Assembly: GCA_035084275.1 (NCBI GenBank)
Contig: CM068756.1
Coordinates: 4,526,001-4,590,000, forward strand
Source: Hydrolagus colliei
Taxonomy: Eukaryota
Length of the DNA stretch: 64,000 nucleotides
Direction: 5' to 3'
Both the position numbers and the translations under genes were made by a program. The notes below the pieces were generated by a model. It made no database searches, was not told where the DNA came from, and saw nothing but the letters and a program-made list of their open reading frames with translations. Of this stretch, positions 52,471 to 64,000 are shown one piece after another. Position 1 is the stretch's first letter; each line of letters starts with the position of its first letter.

Positions 52471-54926
52471 CATATACTGTAGCAAAGTCTACACAGTACA
52501 GTAAGAAACATCCGTCTCTAAAGTTATTTATATTGCACTGCACTCATTACATTGGCATTCTCGCCTTTCATATTTGCAGTCAGGGTTGCTATTTGAGAGC
52601 CCACTGAACGTTTGAGATACAGTTAAAGCAGCTGACTTATTGCTTAGAGATTCTGAGAACTTTTTAATCGATTCAATCTATATAACATTGCCAACTGATT
52701 TTTTTTTTGTCCTTGGACTTTTATCTGAAGGAGCACATTGGGATGTAGACTATCCTTACCTCTTCTCAGTCTCCAGTGATGACTGAACATACTATTCTGG
52801 CCCATCCATCTTAGTGACATGGTAATAAAACTAACAAATTCTGTCTGGGTCTCAAATCACCCCCTCGTAGTCCAACAGAGGGAATGAATGCCAAATTTTT
52901 CGACACATGAAAATCCATCATCATGTTAAAGAGTATCAAAACCCAAAAGAGTTCAAAAGATGCAAATGTAAACCTCCACTCAATGAAACTACTTACATTT
53001 CCATCAGAGTTTCCGTTGTCTATCATAACTAGCAATAGTAAAATTCTAGTTGTATTAAAATTAAATACCTCTCACTTTTAAATTCTTAAATTCCTAATAG
53101 TCTCACCCCTGTTTCAACCGAAACCCTGGCTCATGTATAACAAAAACTTGCACCACCAAGAGTAGTGTGGAGGGCGCCATATAATGTACAAATTGTGCAG
53201 TAAAAAAGTATTTGACAGTGTTTTTATAGCTGCAAAAAGAATCTCTTGCAAATAACTGGATATGCACATCTGTTGTAGCATGTGTTACATTGATCACCTT
53301 GAGGAACCTCTTCTGTGATGCACTCGGGAGTAGATCACACTGAGGGGAAGGCCCGCAGATCATTTGCTCACTTGCAAGAATTACTGGACACAAGCATAAA
53401 TGTTCTCTAACCAACATATCCAGCAATTTTGGTTGTATTGCAAAATCCCATAACTAAGTGCAGACTGCCTACAAACGACAGTGACTAAACTTTACACAAA
53501 CTCTTGTGAAGTGCTTGAAGTCATTAGGAGGGATAAGGCACAATACATAGAGCAATTAAAATGTGGTTCCTGCGCTGAGACGATGCATTTTCCCATCACA
53601 CCAATAGACTGCACTAGGTAATTGGGCAAAGGTCCAAGATGTGAGAGTAATCCCAGCACTTGATACATAGCAGGAAACTAGGTCAGGCTCATTCCTCACA
53701 CTGGCCAATGAATAAATGCAACTGAAGTAAAGCCGTCTTTTTACCCTAGGGTAAAACTGACTAAATCCACTGTCGTTTCAATCCTGGTGAACAGAGGAGA
53801 GACTGCATATGACTTTAAACATACATGTGCACAACTCTCCGTCCTCTGAGCACAAAGATAACACTGGCTCAGTAAATCCTCACTGTCTTCAACCCTGCAG
53901 CTTATATTTTAAAAAAAGCACTACCTTTCCCAGACAATTCATTTTGAGAAGACTAACTGCTGCGGCTAATGTTATGTGGAGATTCAGTCGATAGCAACTT
54001 TGCTGATTTCTACATCCGCAGCTTGGCACTAGCAACAACGCTTTGTGTGACAATTTAGGACAACTGTCAAAAGTGGGGCAGTGGGTGGTTATTTGGGGGC
54101 AAAGTGGGGGATAGGCAAAATGACAGAATATTAGACCTTACCATGTATGAATGAAGACATCAACAAATCAATGACGAACACTACAATCTCCAGCTTCCAG
54201 GCACATGTGGTATATATGGAACCTTTCCAAGGTAAACCAGCAATTCTCAGTCAATAAATTCATCATTTGTGCACATGTAATCACTTCATCTCAAACATGT
54301 GTTCAGAATACTCCAGGCCATCTCTCCCGACTTTATGCAATATAAACAGTGATACTGCATTGAACTATTAAGATTCCTTAGAGCCAAATGCTTCTAGAAA
54401 GTGCTGTTCTAAAAAGCTTTTGATCGAAGACAGAGCTGTTGTTTTGGTCAGGAAATTCAATGCCACCCAACACTCAAACTTGGGCAAAAGCTTCCAAGGC
54501 TTTTAGACATAAGAAGTCCAATTACATATATACAAGTGATGCAGAATGTTCCCACAAAAAGCCTGTGATTTTAACTTACTAGAAACATGGTACTCTGTGT
54601 TTTTTTAAAAAAAACACTATTTCCATAGGATTTAATTAGGAGAAAACTAGACAGTAACTGATCACAATATTTGTATGATTTTCTTCTTATTTTCAGTCCT
54701 TAATCTCAACCGAGTGTATCAGAGACTGGTAAATACTGATTAGCACTGGTATCTGAGTATTTGCTTAGTGACTGAAGAGAAGTACATTTAAGGGGACCAA
54801 TGAGCCAAATAGTGCCCTATATTCTGAACAAGTCACTACACGAGTAAGCAGTATATTAGACATGGGATAGATTACAAACTAAGAGTGCCTTACAGCTGAA
54901 ATCTTGGGGTTTAAAAAATAAATTAC

Positions 54927-55022
54927 CATTCAGTGAGTCCGTGTGTACTTTCAGGTGTCGTTCACAGTTTGCCTTTGTTGTAAACGCTGACAGACAGATT
55001 AGACACACAAAAGGCCTTTCAC
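54927..55022 (-). CDS. ZFPM1: ZFPM1 exon, ZF3 (GERPFVCLICLSAFTTKANCERHLKVHTDSLN)
   Basis: 96 nt, phase 1-1, gctcag| and |GTAATT; FOG1-diagnostic sequence. Confidence 0.96.
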
Positions 55023-57001
55023 CTGAGCACAATAAGATAACATACATCAGTCTGAAAATTAGGGTGGATGATTAAAAACTGAAAATGATTATTCTGTGGG
55101 AGGATTGGGGGGGAAAGCGACAATGCAGATGACTCTGTACCCACCACCTCTGCCTATTCACTCTCTATTTAAATGAAGATAGTGTGGTGAATGAGCAGGT
55201 GAATGAGCCAATAGGTACCTTGACATCCTGGGCAGTGTACAAATTAGTCACTTTGTGCTAGAATAAGGTGTGCTTACATTGTAGGAGTTCTGCTGAACAG
55301 TTCCAGATCTTTGGTGAGGGAAGACTGCTCTTTCTACAATTGGGAGCATGGAAAAAACCAACTTCAATCACAGCCCATAAAATGGGACACTGCTTCATAA
55401 TGGCAACAAATGAATAAAGGCACAAGCTCTATCTATCAAGAGCGCCTTGTAACAGTGTTACCCTGAACTTTTGGCTGGTGAAGCTTTTCTCAAATGTTTT
55501 CTCACCATCAGGAGTTCCGTGGCATTTCCCCCGGGCTAGGGCCGAAGGTGATTGTGGCAACGTTTGCTACATTGATTGCTATCAACTAATCTCAGCAGAT
55601 TCAAACCTGCAACTTTCTAGTTTGCAACCTTCATACTGCACTGGCCAGGACGGTACGGCCTCTACCCACGAGGCTGTTAACAATTAAGTAAATGCAAAAT
55701 GCCACATAGTGTTCAAAAAAAGTAAAGCCTTTCAAATGGAATTTATCTTGAATTACAGAGCACAAAAATGCACTGGATCAAGGCAACGGAACAGAAACTG
55801 ATTTAAAAATAAATACAACGGTATATATAAAAAAAAGTTTCAATCTTGCAGCAGTGGTAAATAATTTCAACTTGGAATCGCTATCACAGCAGAAAATGTC
55901 ACTGATAATCAGATTAAATTCCAACTGAATCACAGGTACATTGTGTAGGCGCATGAATCATAGGAGTAGATTGTAAAACTGTTTTCTATTAACTTTTAGA
56001 ATCACACACAAAGCTTTTAGTAAAGTACAGGTTTTAGCATCTGGATTGACACCACATTACATTCATGATCTGGGTACTGGGTACCATATATACTTTTGAA
56101 TGATAAAGATATCAGTCATTTATAACAGGGACATTGCAAAAAAAAAGTTCCAAACATGTTTCGCTCAATGGTCTTTCCCCAGTAAAGAAAGTGTACACAT
56201 AATACTTCAATGGGTACATTGCGAGCATCCCTCTAAATCTGTCTCTACCTGAACTTTTAAACATTTGACTACATTTACATGGCTTTTGCATACAGGCAGA
56301 GGAGATTCTCAACCAAAAAAGGTCAACACCACACAATGTGACTTTTTGTACAGAAAGATGTAATGGAAAGCAGTAAGGCAAGAATTAGATTTTTACTCTT
56401 GGACAAAAGTAGATTAAATCACTACACGCACCACTATCATTCATAAAGTGCTGGTTTTTTTTTACAGTGAAACTTCAGAATTGCAGAATGTGTACGCATC
56501 CACCCACATACAAATTCTGAGAAATTTGATTTCAAATCATTGATTATTCATGCATGTTGAGACCATTTGCACTCTGGGAGAGATCAGATCAAATTGCTCT
56601 CGGCTGCTCAGGTAGGAACTTTTGCTCCCTATTAACTGCACAATTTATTTGCTCTGGATCGATTTGAAGGATGAGCATTTGGATTAATTCAGGCTTTGAA
56701 TTCAGCCTCACGGAAATTCTGATTATCCAAAACTCAATTTGAATGGTTTAAACAAAATCGAATAAACCCAAGTTCAAAGACAAAAATTTCAATACAACAA
56801 TTAATTGGTTACAAGCGGATCAATAAGCTCTCGCCGACAGATACATACCAGGCATGGAATCAGATACCTCCACCGCCCACCCCTATTGACTACCACAACA
56901 ATGGTTGTTAGATACTAAATCCTTCTTTCAGCTGTGACAGAGATACAATTCAGTACAAATTAGCCACAAACCGATAAATGACAGGGTTATGATCTCCTGT
57001 T

Positions 57002-57333
57002 TCATAGAATCATAGAATTTTACGGCACAAAAGGAGGCCATTCGGCCCATCTAGTCTGTGCCGGCTCTTTGAAAAGAGCGATTCAATCCCACTGCCCTGC
57101 CCGCTCCCCATAGCCTAATAGACCCGTTCTCCCTAAATAAAGATCTAATTCCCTTTTAAAAGTTGTTATCGAATCAGCCTCCACCACCTTTTCAGGCAAT
57201 GCATTCCAGATTCGAACAACTCGCTGAGTGAAAAAATTTCTCCTCAGCTCCCCTCTACTGCGCCTTGAAACTATTTTAAATCTGTGACCACGAGTCACAG
57301 ATTCACCCACGAGTGGAAATAGTTTTTCTCTAT
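57002..57333 (-). mobile_element. Young 5'-truncated CR1 LINE, near-identical inverse of the 51798 copy
   Basis: Same translated ORF in the track (57083-57310); 2 mismatches in 319 bp by manual comparison. Confidence 0.93.
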
Positions 57334-57594
57334 TTGAGTTTGCAGAAATTGTGAAGTATGTTCAAATGGAAGAATCTTCCAACCTGGACTAAACTACAAA
57401 TTATCAAAATATCCATACACTGGGTGAATTAAGTGCAATGTTTTAAGAAAAAGTTTCCATTTACCCTTGTTGTTTACCAATTCGACATAGCTAAATTCAC
57501 TACAAGATGTTGGCTAGTGATTATTTTCATACTTTTTGTATCATTTCAAAGCTGAATTTGCTGATTTATGGAAACATTTACCAGAGTATAATTA

Positions 57595-57790
57595 ATATCA
57601 GAAGAGTTATAGGTTTAAACACCAAATATGAATTTAGGAAGTTTTGCTTTAGCCAGAGGGTAATTAATGACTGGAAAAAGTTGCCAGGAAGAGTGTTGAG
57701 GCCAAAATACTGGACCCAAACCAATCTTGTGATGTTTGAAGCATTGGTAGCTTTAAGGGACAGGTGGGCCAGTATTAATGGACATCCAGG
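57595..57790 (+). mobile_element. Old CR1 3' fragment
   Basis: FRKFCFSQRVINDWKKLPGRV resembles the CR1 ORF2 end. Confidence 0.6.
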
Positions 57791-59392
57791 ACTTTTGAAA
57801 GAATTCTAAAAAAAAATCCTCGATTCACAAAAGTTTTCTTTGTAATTTTCAGCCTTTTTTTAAAAAAAAAGAGTTGTTCTCGTAATTTTTTTGTACCAAA
57901 TTTCTATTGACATGAATATCAAAAAAAAAATTTTTTCTCTGAACGTCTATCTCCCACCTTCTCCCGCTGTAGGAAGCAGACACATGTGCACGTCCAAATT
58001 GTCCCTCAAACAGCCAAAGAATTATTCCAAATGCTTTTCATTAAACTGATTAGAAAAATGAACACTCCAGCAGCCCAACCAAACAATAGCACAGAAACAG
58101 AGCAAGATTTCATCTTAGATGGCCAACATGATACCTTATAATAACGATATAATTTAAATTATAGCCCCTCCCTACCTCCCTCCCTTCCTCCCTGATTTGG
58201 TTACCTACTCAAAGAATTCCAGTAGATTAGTAGAGCACAACTTATTGCTTGTAAAACTATTCTGTCTTGTTCCCGTGGTCTCTGCACTCTTTAGACTAAC
58301 GTTGATAATATCTCACAAATGCTTTTAGGCATTTTACACACTACTGTATTCAATGCCCACACTACTTGCTTTGTGGAACATTGAAAGTGATGGTAACTTT
58401 GGCCAAGTTTTCTTGAGGACCATCACTCAGACGCAGTCTATTATAGTTCGGGCGGTTTAACGACCCGGGGGATTCATAACACAAGATGTCTCTGCCTTTG
58501 AGGAGCACATGTGGGGTATAACACCACGGACATTCTTTCTGGACAGTTTCATGGATACTCAACTCTTCAGATGTGATCTTCAGACTTTCCTCACCTCCCC
58601 TCACTCACCGACTCTGTGTCAAACTACACCAATGTGAGAAGCGCTAGTCGCTGTTGTTGTTACTAATAAGAGGTTGAGAGAAGATCAGCAAATCTATAGC
58701 CACCTAAAGAGAGGGCACTATTTTGTAACTTCAAGTTGACCGGAGCCAGGAGAAAAGGCACCAGTATAAATCCCCACCAGGAAGCCATCTCAGGCAACCT
58801 CACTTTATATTCGTTCATGTGAATATCCATTAAACTGCAATAGCCATTCAATGTGGGCCAAATACCGTCCCAATATAATACATTTTGAGACAAACTGAGG
58901 TTCTATGATATTTTGTATCATACCAGAACATAACTATCTTAACCACATTTTTTGTTGTGTATATAATGTCCTATTATAAAAACGTGCTAAAGATCTCATG
59001 CGAGGACATCAATAGAATTAGCAACCGTTTGGAACAAGTGTTTTTTATGCTGCTGAGGATCAAGGCTGTTTCGCTTACTGCCTCTAATGTTATCGTTGTG
59101 TGTCGAGAACAGAATTATAGTCAATCAATATCCTCAATGAGAGTTATCCTTCCACCTTCTATTAATATAGTGAAGTCAATTTGCATTATCCAATTATTTT
59201 AGTTTCGGTTTCCAGGTGTGAAACAGTGGTGCACAATATACTGATTCCTATACAATGTAGCCTTGCTATAATGGAGCAGAAGTGAGATGAAAAATGGAAT
59301 CCGTCCAATAAAATAATCAGAAACGACAGCACAAAAAAAACAGGATCTAGTCCACAAAGCTGTTAAAGGTGTAGATGTGAGGGACATCTTAC

Positions 59393-59617
59393 CGCTATGG
59401 CTACGCATGTGAATTTCCAGAGAGCTGGCGCTGGGGCAACTTTTGTTGCACTGCGGGAAAGAGCAGATGCGTTCGTGCGGTGATGGTTCCTTGGGTTTCT
59501 CCTCTGTGGGAATAGACAAGGGTTTTTGTCGGCTCGCACAGTAATACATCAGGTGAGCTTGCAGATTCCGTTCGCTTCTGTACCAGATCCCACAGGATTT
59601 ACAAGGAAAAATGTCCT
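59393..59617 (-). CDS. ZFPM1: ZFPM1 exon, ZF1 (CCHC) and ZF2 (C2H2)
   Basis: KDIFPCKSCGIWYRSERNLQAHLMYYCASRQ...CSFPQCNKSCPSASSLEIHMRSHS; 225 nt, ttttcag| and |GTAAGA. Confidence 0.96.
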
Positions 59618-60509
59618 CTGAAAAACAAATTTGAAAAAACAAATTCAGAAAAGATTCTGTAACAGGGTGAAAAAACACAACGTGCACAACATTTCACGAG
59701 AAAGTAGATGAGAACAGGGCGCTGGCTTAAACCTTAAGACTTTCTCCTCCCGGTATAATTTATGCTCCAATTTAAATAGGAAGGAAGGGCTGGGTTAAGT
59801 ATTGTGCTTTTGAATCTGAGGTTTAATAGACCTCGCTTTGAATGGATCCCAGGGAAACACAACAGGCCCACAAGACTGAGAAGATGTCAACACAACTAAT
59901 GCTGGAAGATACCAATTGTTCAAAAAATAAAGTGGCGGTGGAGGGTGTTATGTACTGAAAGGCTGCGACGTCAGCCCAGCCCTTTCTTCTCCTTCAAAGG
60001 TTTTCAAAATTCTAAAAGGACTAACATTGTGGTTAACATTCTCTCAGTGTGTTTCATGCGGAAAAGCAGAAATAAAACAGATGCCAACTTATTGGCTTGT
60101 TCAATCTGCTTGGTTAGTATAACTCTTGCAATAAAAAAAAGGGGCCTTACATAGGGAGGGAAGCTGAGAGACTCTCAAACATTAATTCAGTTTACTTGTC
60201 ATAGGAATCTTCCTTTTTGTAGAATGTGAACACACCTACCCCCTTTCTAGGTCACTCCAGTTACCAATTGCCTGGGAATCAATCAGCACGGAGGCACCAA
60301 TAAAAATGAGACCCATTCTAAATGTTAAAGCCACAGACTGCTTTCCCACTGTGCGATAGCACGACAGTCTTTTAACAGTCTGGTCATCTTAGCCTTTACC
60401 ACCAAATTACAACAATGATTAAAGCTCAAAAAAAAGCGCAACTAGGAAGATGTTTTTAACATCGCAATAGTTAATGAGACCTAGTTTTTCTTGAAGCACT
60501 GGAACTTAC

Positions 60510-60755
60510 TGTTGACAACAGCAGTTGCTAAAATGGCAGCCATCCCAGCCTGCTGAGGGAGAAGCTGGATGTCGGAATGTAAAGTGGCTGGGTACATGGC
60601 TGAGGGGTCAGAGATCTCTGCGGGTTCCACCAGCTCAGTTTTAACACTGTGGTTTGACTTCGGGGACTTGCTGGTCTGATCCGGAGTGACAATAATTGCA
60701 GTTAAGTTCTCCCCCTCTGCGATGGGCTTTGTCGTTTTACACCAAATCTGGTCAC
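60510..60755 (-). CDS. ZFPM1: ZFPM1 exon, end of PR-like domain to LLPQQAGMAAILATAVVN (upstream exons outside window)
   Basis: 246 nt, tgtgcag| and |GTAAGT; phase matches the next exon. Confidence 0.94.
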
Positions 60756-63158
60756 CTGCACAGGGGAATAACACATTCATTATTAAATTATCAATTGTTC
60801 CATTACACCATGGGATGCAATAAAGGCAATCTCTTCTTAGATAATGGTAGACTGTGGCCAATCACAGAGGGCTAGTAACATTTATTCTGCACGTTTAGTT
60901 TTAAATCATAGCCCTAATTTAGCAGGAAGTGTTACCAAACCCCATGTCACATTGTGAATTTGATAATAATTATACAAATAAAAACAATAAATATGTTTCA
61001 AGGACCTTCAGAATCTCTTGTCCAAATGTGAAATGCAACAAGGTGAATGGGGCAAACACTGCCGTGGATCATTCACTTACTGAACAAAGTGAGAGCTATA
61101 GCAAACATCTCCGCTTCCATTAATAAGCAATTATTGTTGATTTGAGGTCATCGTAGTATCAATGTTAAGTTTGTAAAAATTATGATTAATTTATAAATAA
61201 TTCTACAAAAATAGTGCAATACCAGAACGAAGATACCAAAGCAATCATTCTCTACAGCACCAGAAAAAGACAGTAACATTCGGTAAAAACACACAGCTTT
61301 CTTCTGCGGTCTTAAGTAGCTGCTTTGCAGATAGTTCGGAGTAACCCACATGACGGTTTAGGCTCGAACACGTGAAAACAGAAACTATTACTAGGACCAT
61401 CAGCTCAGAGCCAATTGACTTGCAACAAAAGGTGAATCGGTATACCGAATGATGAGCTCATCAAAGATTTTCAAGTGATTTGCAAGGATTAATACAACAA
61501 CTTTGATTTATATAGTGTCCTCCACGCCGGACGGTGTCTCAGAGCGTTTTAAATTATTATTGTGGTAAGAGAAGTACAGGCACCATCATTCCCAGAAAAA
61601 ATAAACTCAAATCATTTTAGAAATAAAAAGAAACACTTCTGATTATGGGTTTAACACTGCCCTCTCTCTGAATGTCATATGCAGTAAGGTAGATCAGTCA
61701 CTGGAGTGCGATGTTCACTCACTGAACAAGTAATAAGATAAAACGAATACGTTTTTAAAGTGAGGAACGTGAATTTAGATAGCATCACAGAGTAAACAGA
61801 TTACAGATGACCTTGTGAAGTTTGTTCAGGTTTCCACTTCAGCATTATTGGATGAACGGAGGTTTAAGCATCCAGGTACCTCTGACAAACCTGGTTATCA
61901 TGATATCCTTCCAGTTTTCCTCCAAAAAGGGTAATAAACTGAAAAGCTGATGCATATCTGTTATCAAGATAGGCATTGCGTATTTGGAGTTCAAAGATTG
62001 GAAATGAACAAATGGAATATCACAGTAGTTGAAAGAATCATTTAGGGTCCATATAATGAATCTTTTCAATTTGAAGAGCCTTTTAAAGAACAGAGCACTT
62101 TTCTGTACATAACTAGGGCATCCAGTTCTGTCTGAGATGAAACATTTGGGCACTAGGTGTCTCTCTCAAGTCAACACATGAAGCACAAACTCTGACAGGC
62201 CTTCTTCTCTCCGTATCTCCTTCTGCACTAATAGATGTTGTGCTGAATGTACATGAACGTGGCTGACCATCGCGAAACTCCAGGAGGCGGGGAAACCAGG
62301 CTATCTTGGTCAGTGAGGAGTTATTCGGATAATGGCCGAACTCCTTTGCTCCTGACAGTACAAAACACAGCATTAAGAATATCTAGGGTGTTCCCAAAAG
62401 CAGTCTCCTTCTAAAGAGGATATGTAGAAAATTCATCTGGTCAATAGGAAGTGCTTAAATATCACAGGCAGCTAGCTGTGCCTGCAGAGGAAACTGCTGG
62501 CTTGTAAACCATGAACACACTTCAAAGGCATCAGCAGTGAATGATTTTACTTCCAACACAATAGCACCACAATCTGCAGTATTTCAACAGTAAGTGGAGA
62601 AGATTTCCCTGTACAGAGTTCACTCGTGCCACTTGATGTATGAAATTGACTCACTTGGGCTTGACAAGCTGCTCTCCTCATAAATAAAATGCACTGGATC
62701 TTCTGCAACACCCTTCACATCTTCAATAACTAAATCCTATAAACTTATAAGTTTATAAGACCAATTGGCCCTGGTCAACGATCAATGAGGATGGAATCAA
62801 CAACAACTTGCATTTACATAGTGCCCTCCATTTGGGAGTAATGTCTCTGATCGTTTTAGATCTGTGGTGGTGACTGATACCAAGGAGGGGAAAGGAGACT
62901 GAAGCCATGGTCATAGAAGTAAGTGTATATGTATTAGGGGCAGGTGGGTGAGAAAAGGATTTCTATGAGGAGTGTCAGCAAGCAAGGCTGAGAGGAGACT
63001 ATTTTCTTTACTATTTACACTATCAACAACAACATTGATTTATATAGCGCCCTCCACGCCAGACGACACTACTCATCTCGGAGAGAACATTCAGCTCACA
63101 TGGCTAACATGAGAAAAACAAAAACCCTGAAGAGTTCACGTCTCACTATTTCCCCCTC

Positions 63159-63415
63159 ATGCAAATAAATGTTATTGTGGTACTTCTAAGGTAATCACTA
63201 CCACACAGTGACATAACCACATTGGTTACTAACCACAAAGGATTTACATTGACAAATCATTATCACCCCAATCTACCAGGCAGCTCACTATTATCACAGC
63301 TCGGTGGTTGCATCTTTGGATTGAAAAAGCACTAAACAGGAGAGAACAAAAACCTTATTTGATTATGATAAACAATTCTTAGAAAAGTCCACCTGTATCC
63401 TGACTTTTACACGTG
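63159..63415. promoter_or_regulatory. Candidate intronic haematopoietic enhancer of ZFPM1
   Basis: ATGCAAAT 63159; TGTGGT/ACCACA at 63176, 63200, 63216, 63232; TTATCA/TGATAA at 63260, 63291, 63366; CACGTG 63410. Confidence 0.5.
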
Positions 63416-63556
63416 AAAGAAAATGCAGAAACGCAATACAACGCAAGCAATGTTTAAATTTTTTTAATATCTTGCTTGAAACAGTGTAGACTAATTTTGT
63501 GTTCCGTTTGGAAAAAAGTCCATCTTAAATCCCTTGTATTTGTCTGTGACAGAGTT

Positions 63557-63690
63557 ATAATAACAATCCTTGCATATGATATAGCGCCTTATCACGTCTT
63601 AGAGACGTCTCAAAGCGATTCACAGAATATACTGTAAGGTGAATTGACCGTACGTTTTGTGGGTAAAATGTGGTCGCTAATTTGCTGTGA
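63557..63690 (-). mobile_element. SINE 3' half
   Basis: Reverse complement of the family tail and part of the core. Similar tail scraps lie near 10250, 12960, 20815, 31860, 40830 and 42170. Confidence 0.8.
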
Positions 63691-64000
63691 AGTCTAGTGT
63701 CAGTGCATCTGTAAACGAACACTGCAGCCAATGTTCAAACAGCCGTGAGGTGAATGACCAGTTTTATCAAAGCTCTCTCAAGACTCACACTCTCTCTGCA
63801 AGTTACTGAAAGCCCTGGGCCCAGCTGCGTGAGCACTGCTTGAGCAGCATCATTTGATTTCCCCTATCAATGTGTCTACTTCCTCATTTAAAACTCATGT
63901 GCAAATTTTACTGAAATGGGTAAAGAGCCAATTCAACTGCTTCACACATTGGGTTAGTGGATCACAGAGGCTGGAGTCTATCATCATATTTTGGGATCAG

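Noticed and set aside
53290-53810. Possible ancient SINE (LF-SINE/Deu-like) relic in a ZFPM1 intron
   Set aside because: Only a weak tail-like resemblance; family cannot be assigned without an HMM search.
55453-55560. CAGTGTTACCC as a possible hAT terminal repeat
   Set aside because: No matching opposite TIR or TSD found.
62113-62373. Acceptor-like site and open frame as a possible further ZFPM1 exon
   Set aside because: Translation shows no resemblance to the FOG PR domain and no clear donor; cannot be supported.

Overview
Vertebrate genomic DNA, AT-rich with spliced genes. The repeat content (tRNA-headed Deu-type SINEs, CR1 tails ending (ATTCTATG)n, L2 tails) and compact introns suggest a cartilaginous fish, possibly a chimaera; this is inference. 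Three protein-coding genes were reconstructed by hand from GT/AG junctions: (1) complete MAP1LC3B (+, 4 coding exons, 826-7234, 125 aa) behind a CpG-island promoter; (2) complete TRHR2 (+, 2 coding exons, 13589-16142, 411 aa); (3) the last five coding exons of ZFPM1/FOG1 (-, 48729-60755; 5' end lies beyond the window), convergent with TRHR2 across a roughly 27-kb gene-free interval. The rest is SINE, L2, CR1 and MITE fragments. Most notable: this FOG1 has 11 zinc fingers, carrying both the FOG1-type ZF3/4 pair and a second C2H2 pair resembling FOG2 ZF3/4. A 319-bp CR1 inverted pair with 2 mismatches brackets the in-frame 96-nt ZF3 exon. There is also a RUNX x4/GATA x3/octamer cluster in a ZFPM1 intron, an 88-bp CACTA-like hairpin MITE, and several 47-65-bp tail-only L2 insertions with TSDs, most nested in other repeats. 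No prokaryotic-type system, CRISPR array, rRNA or true tRNA gene was seen.
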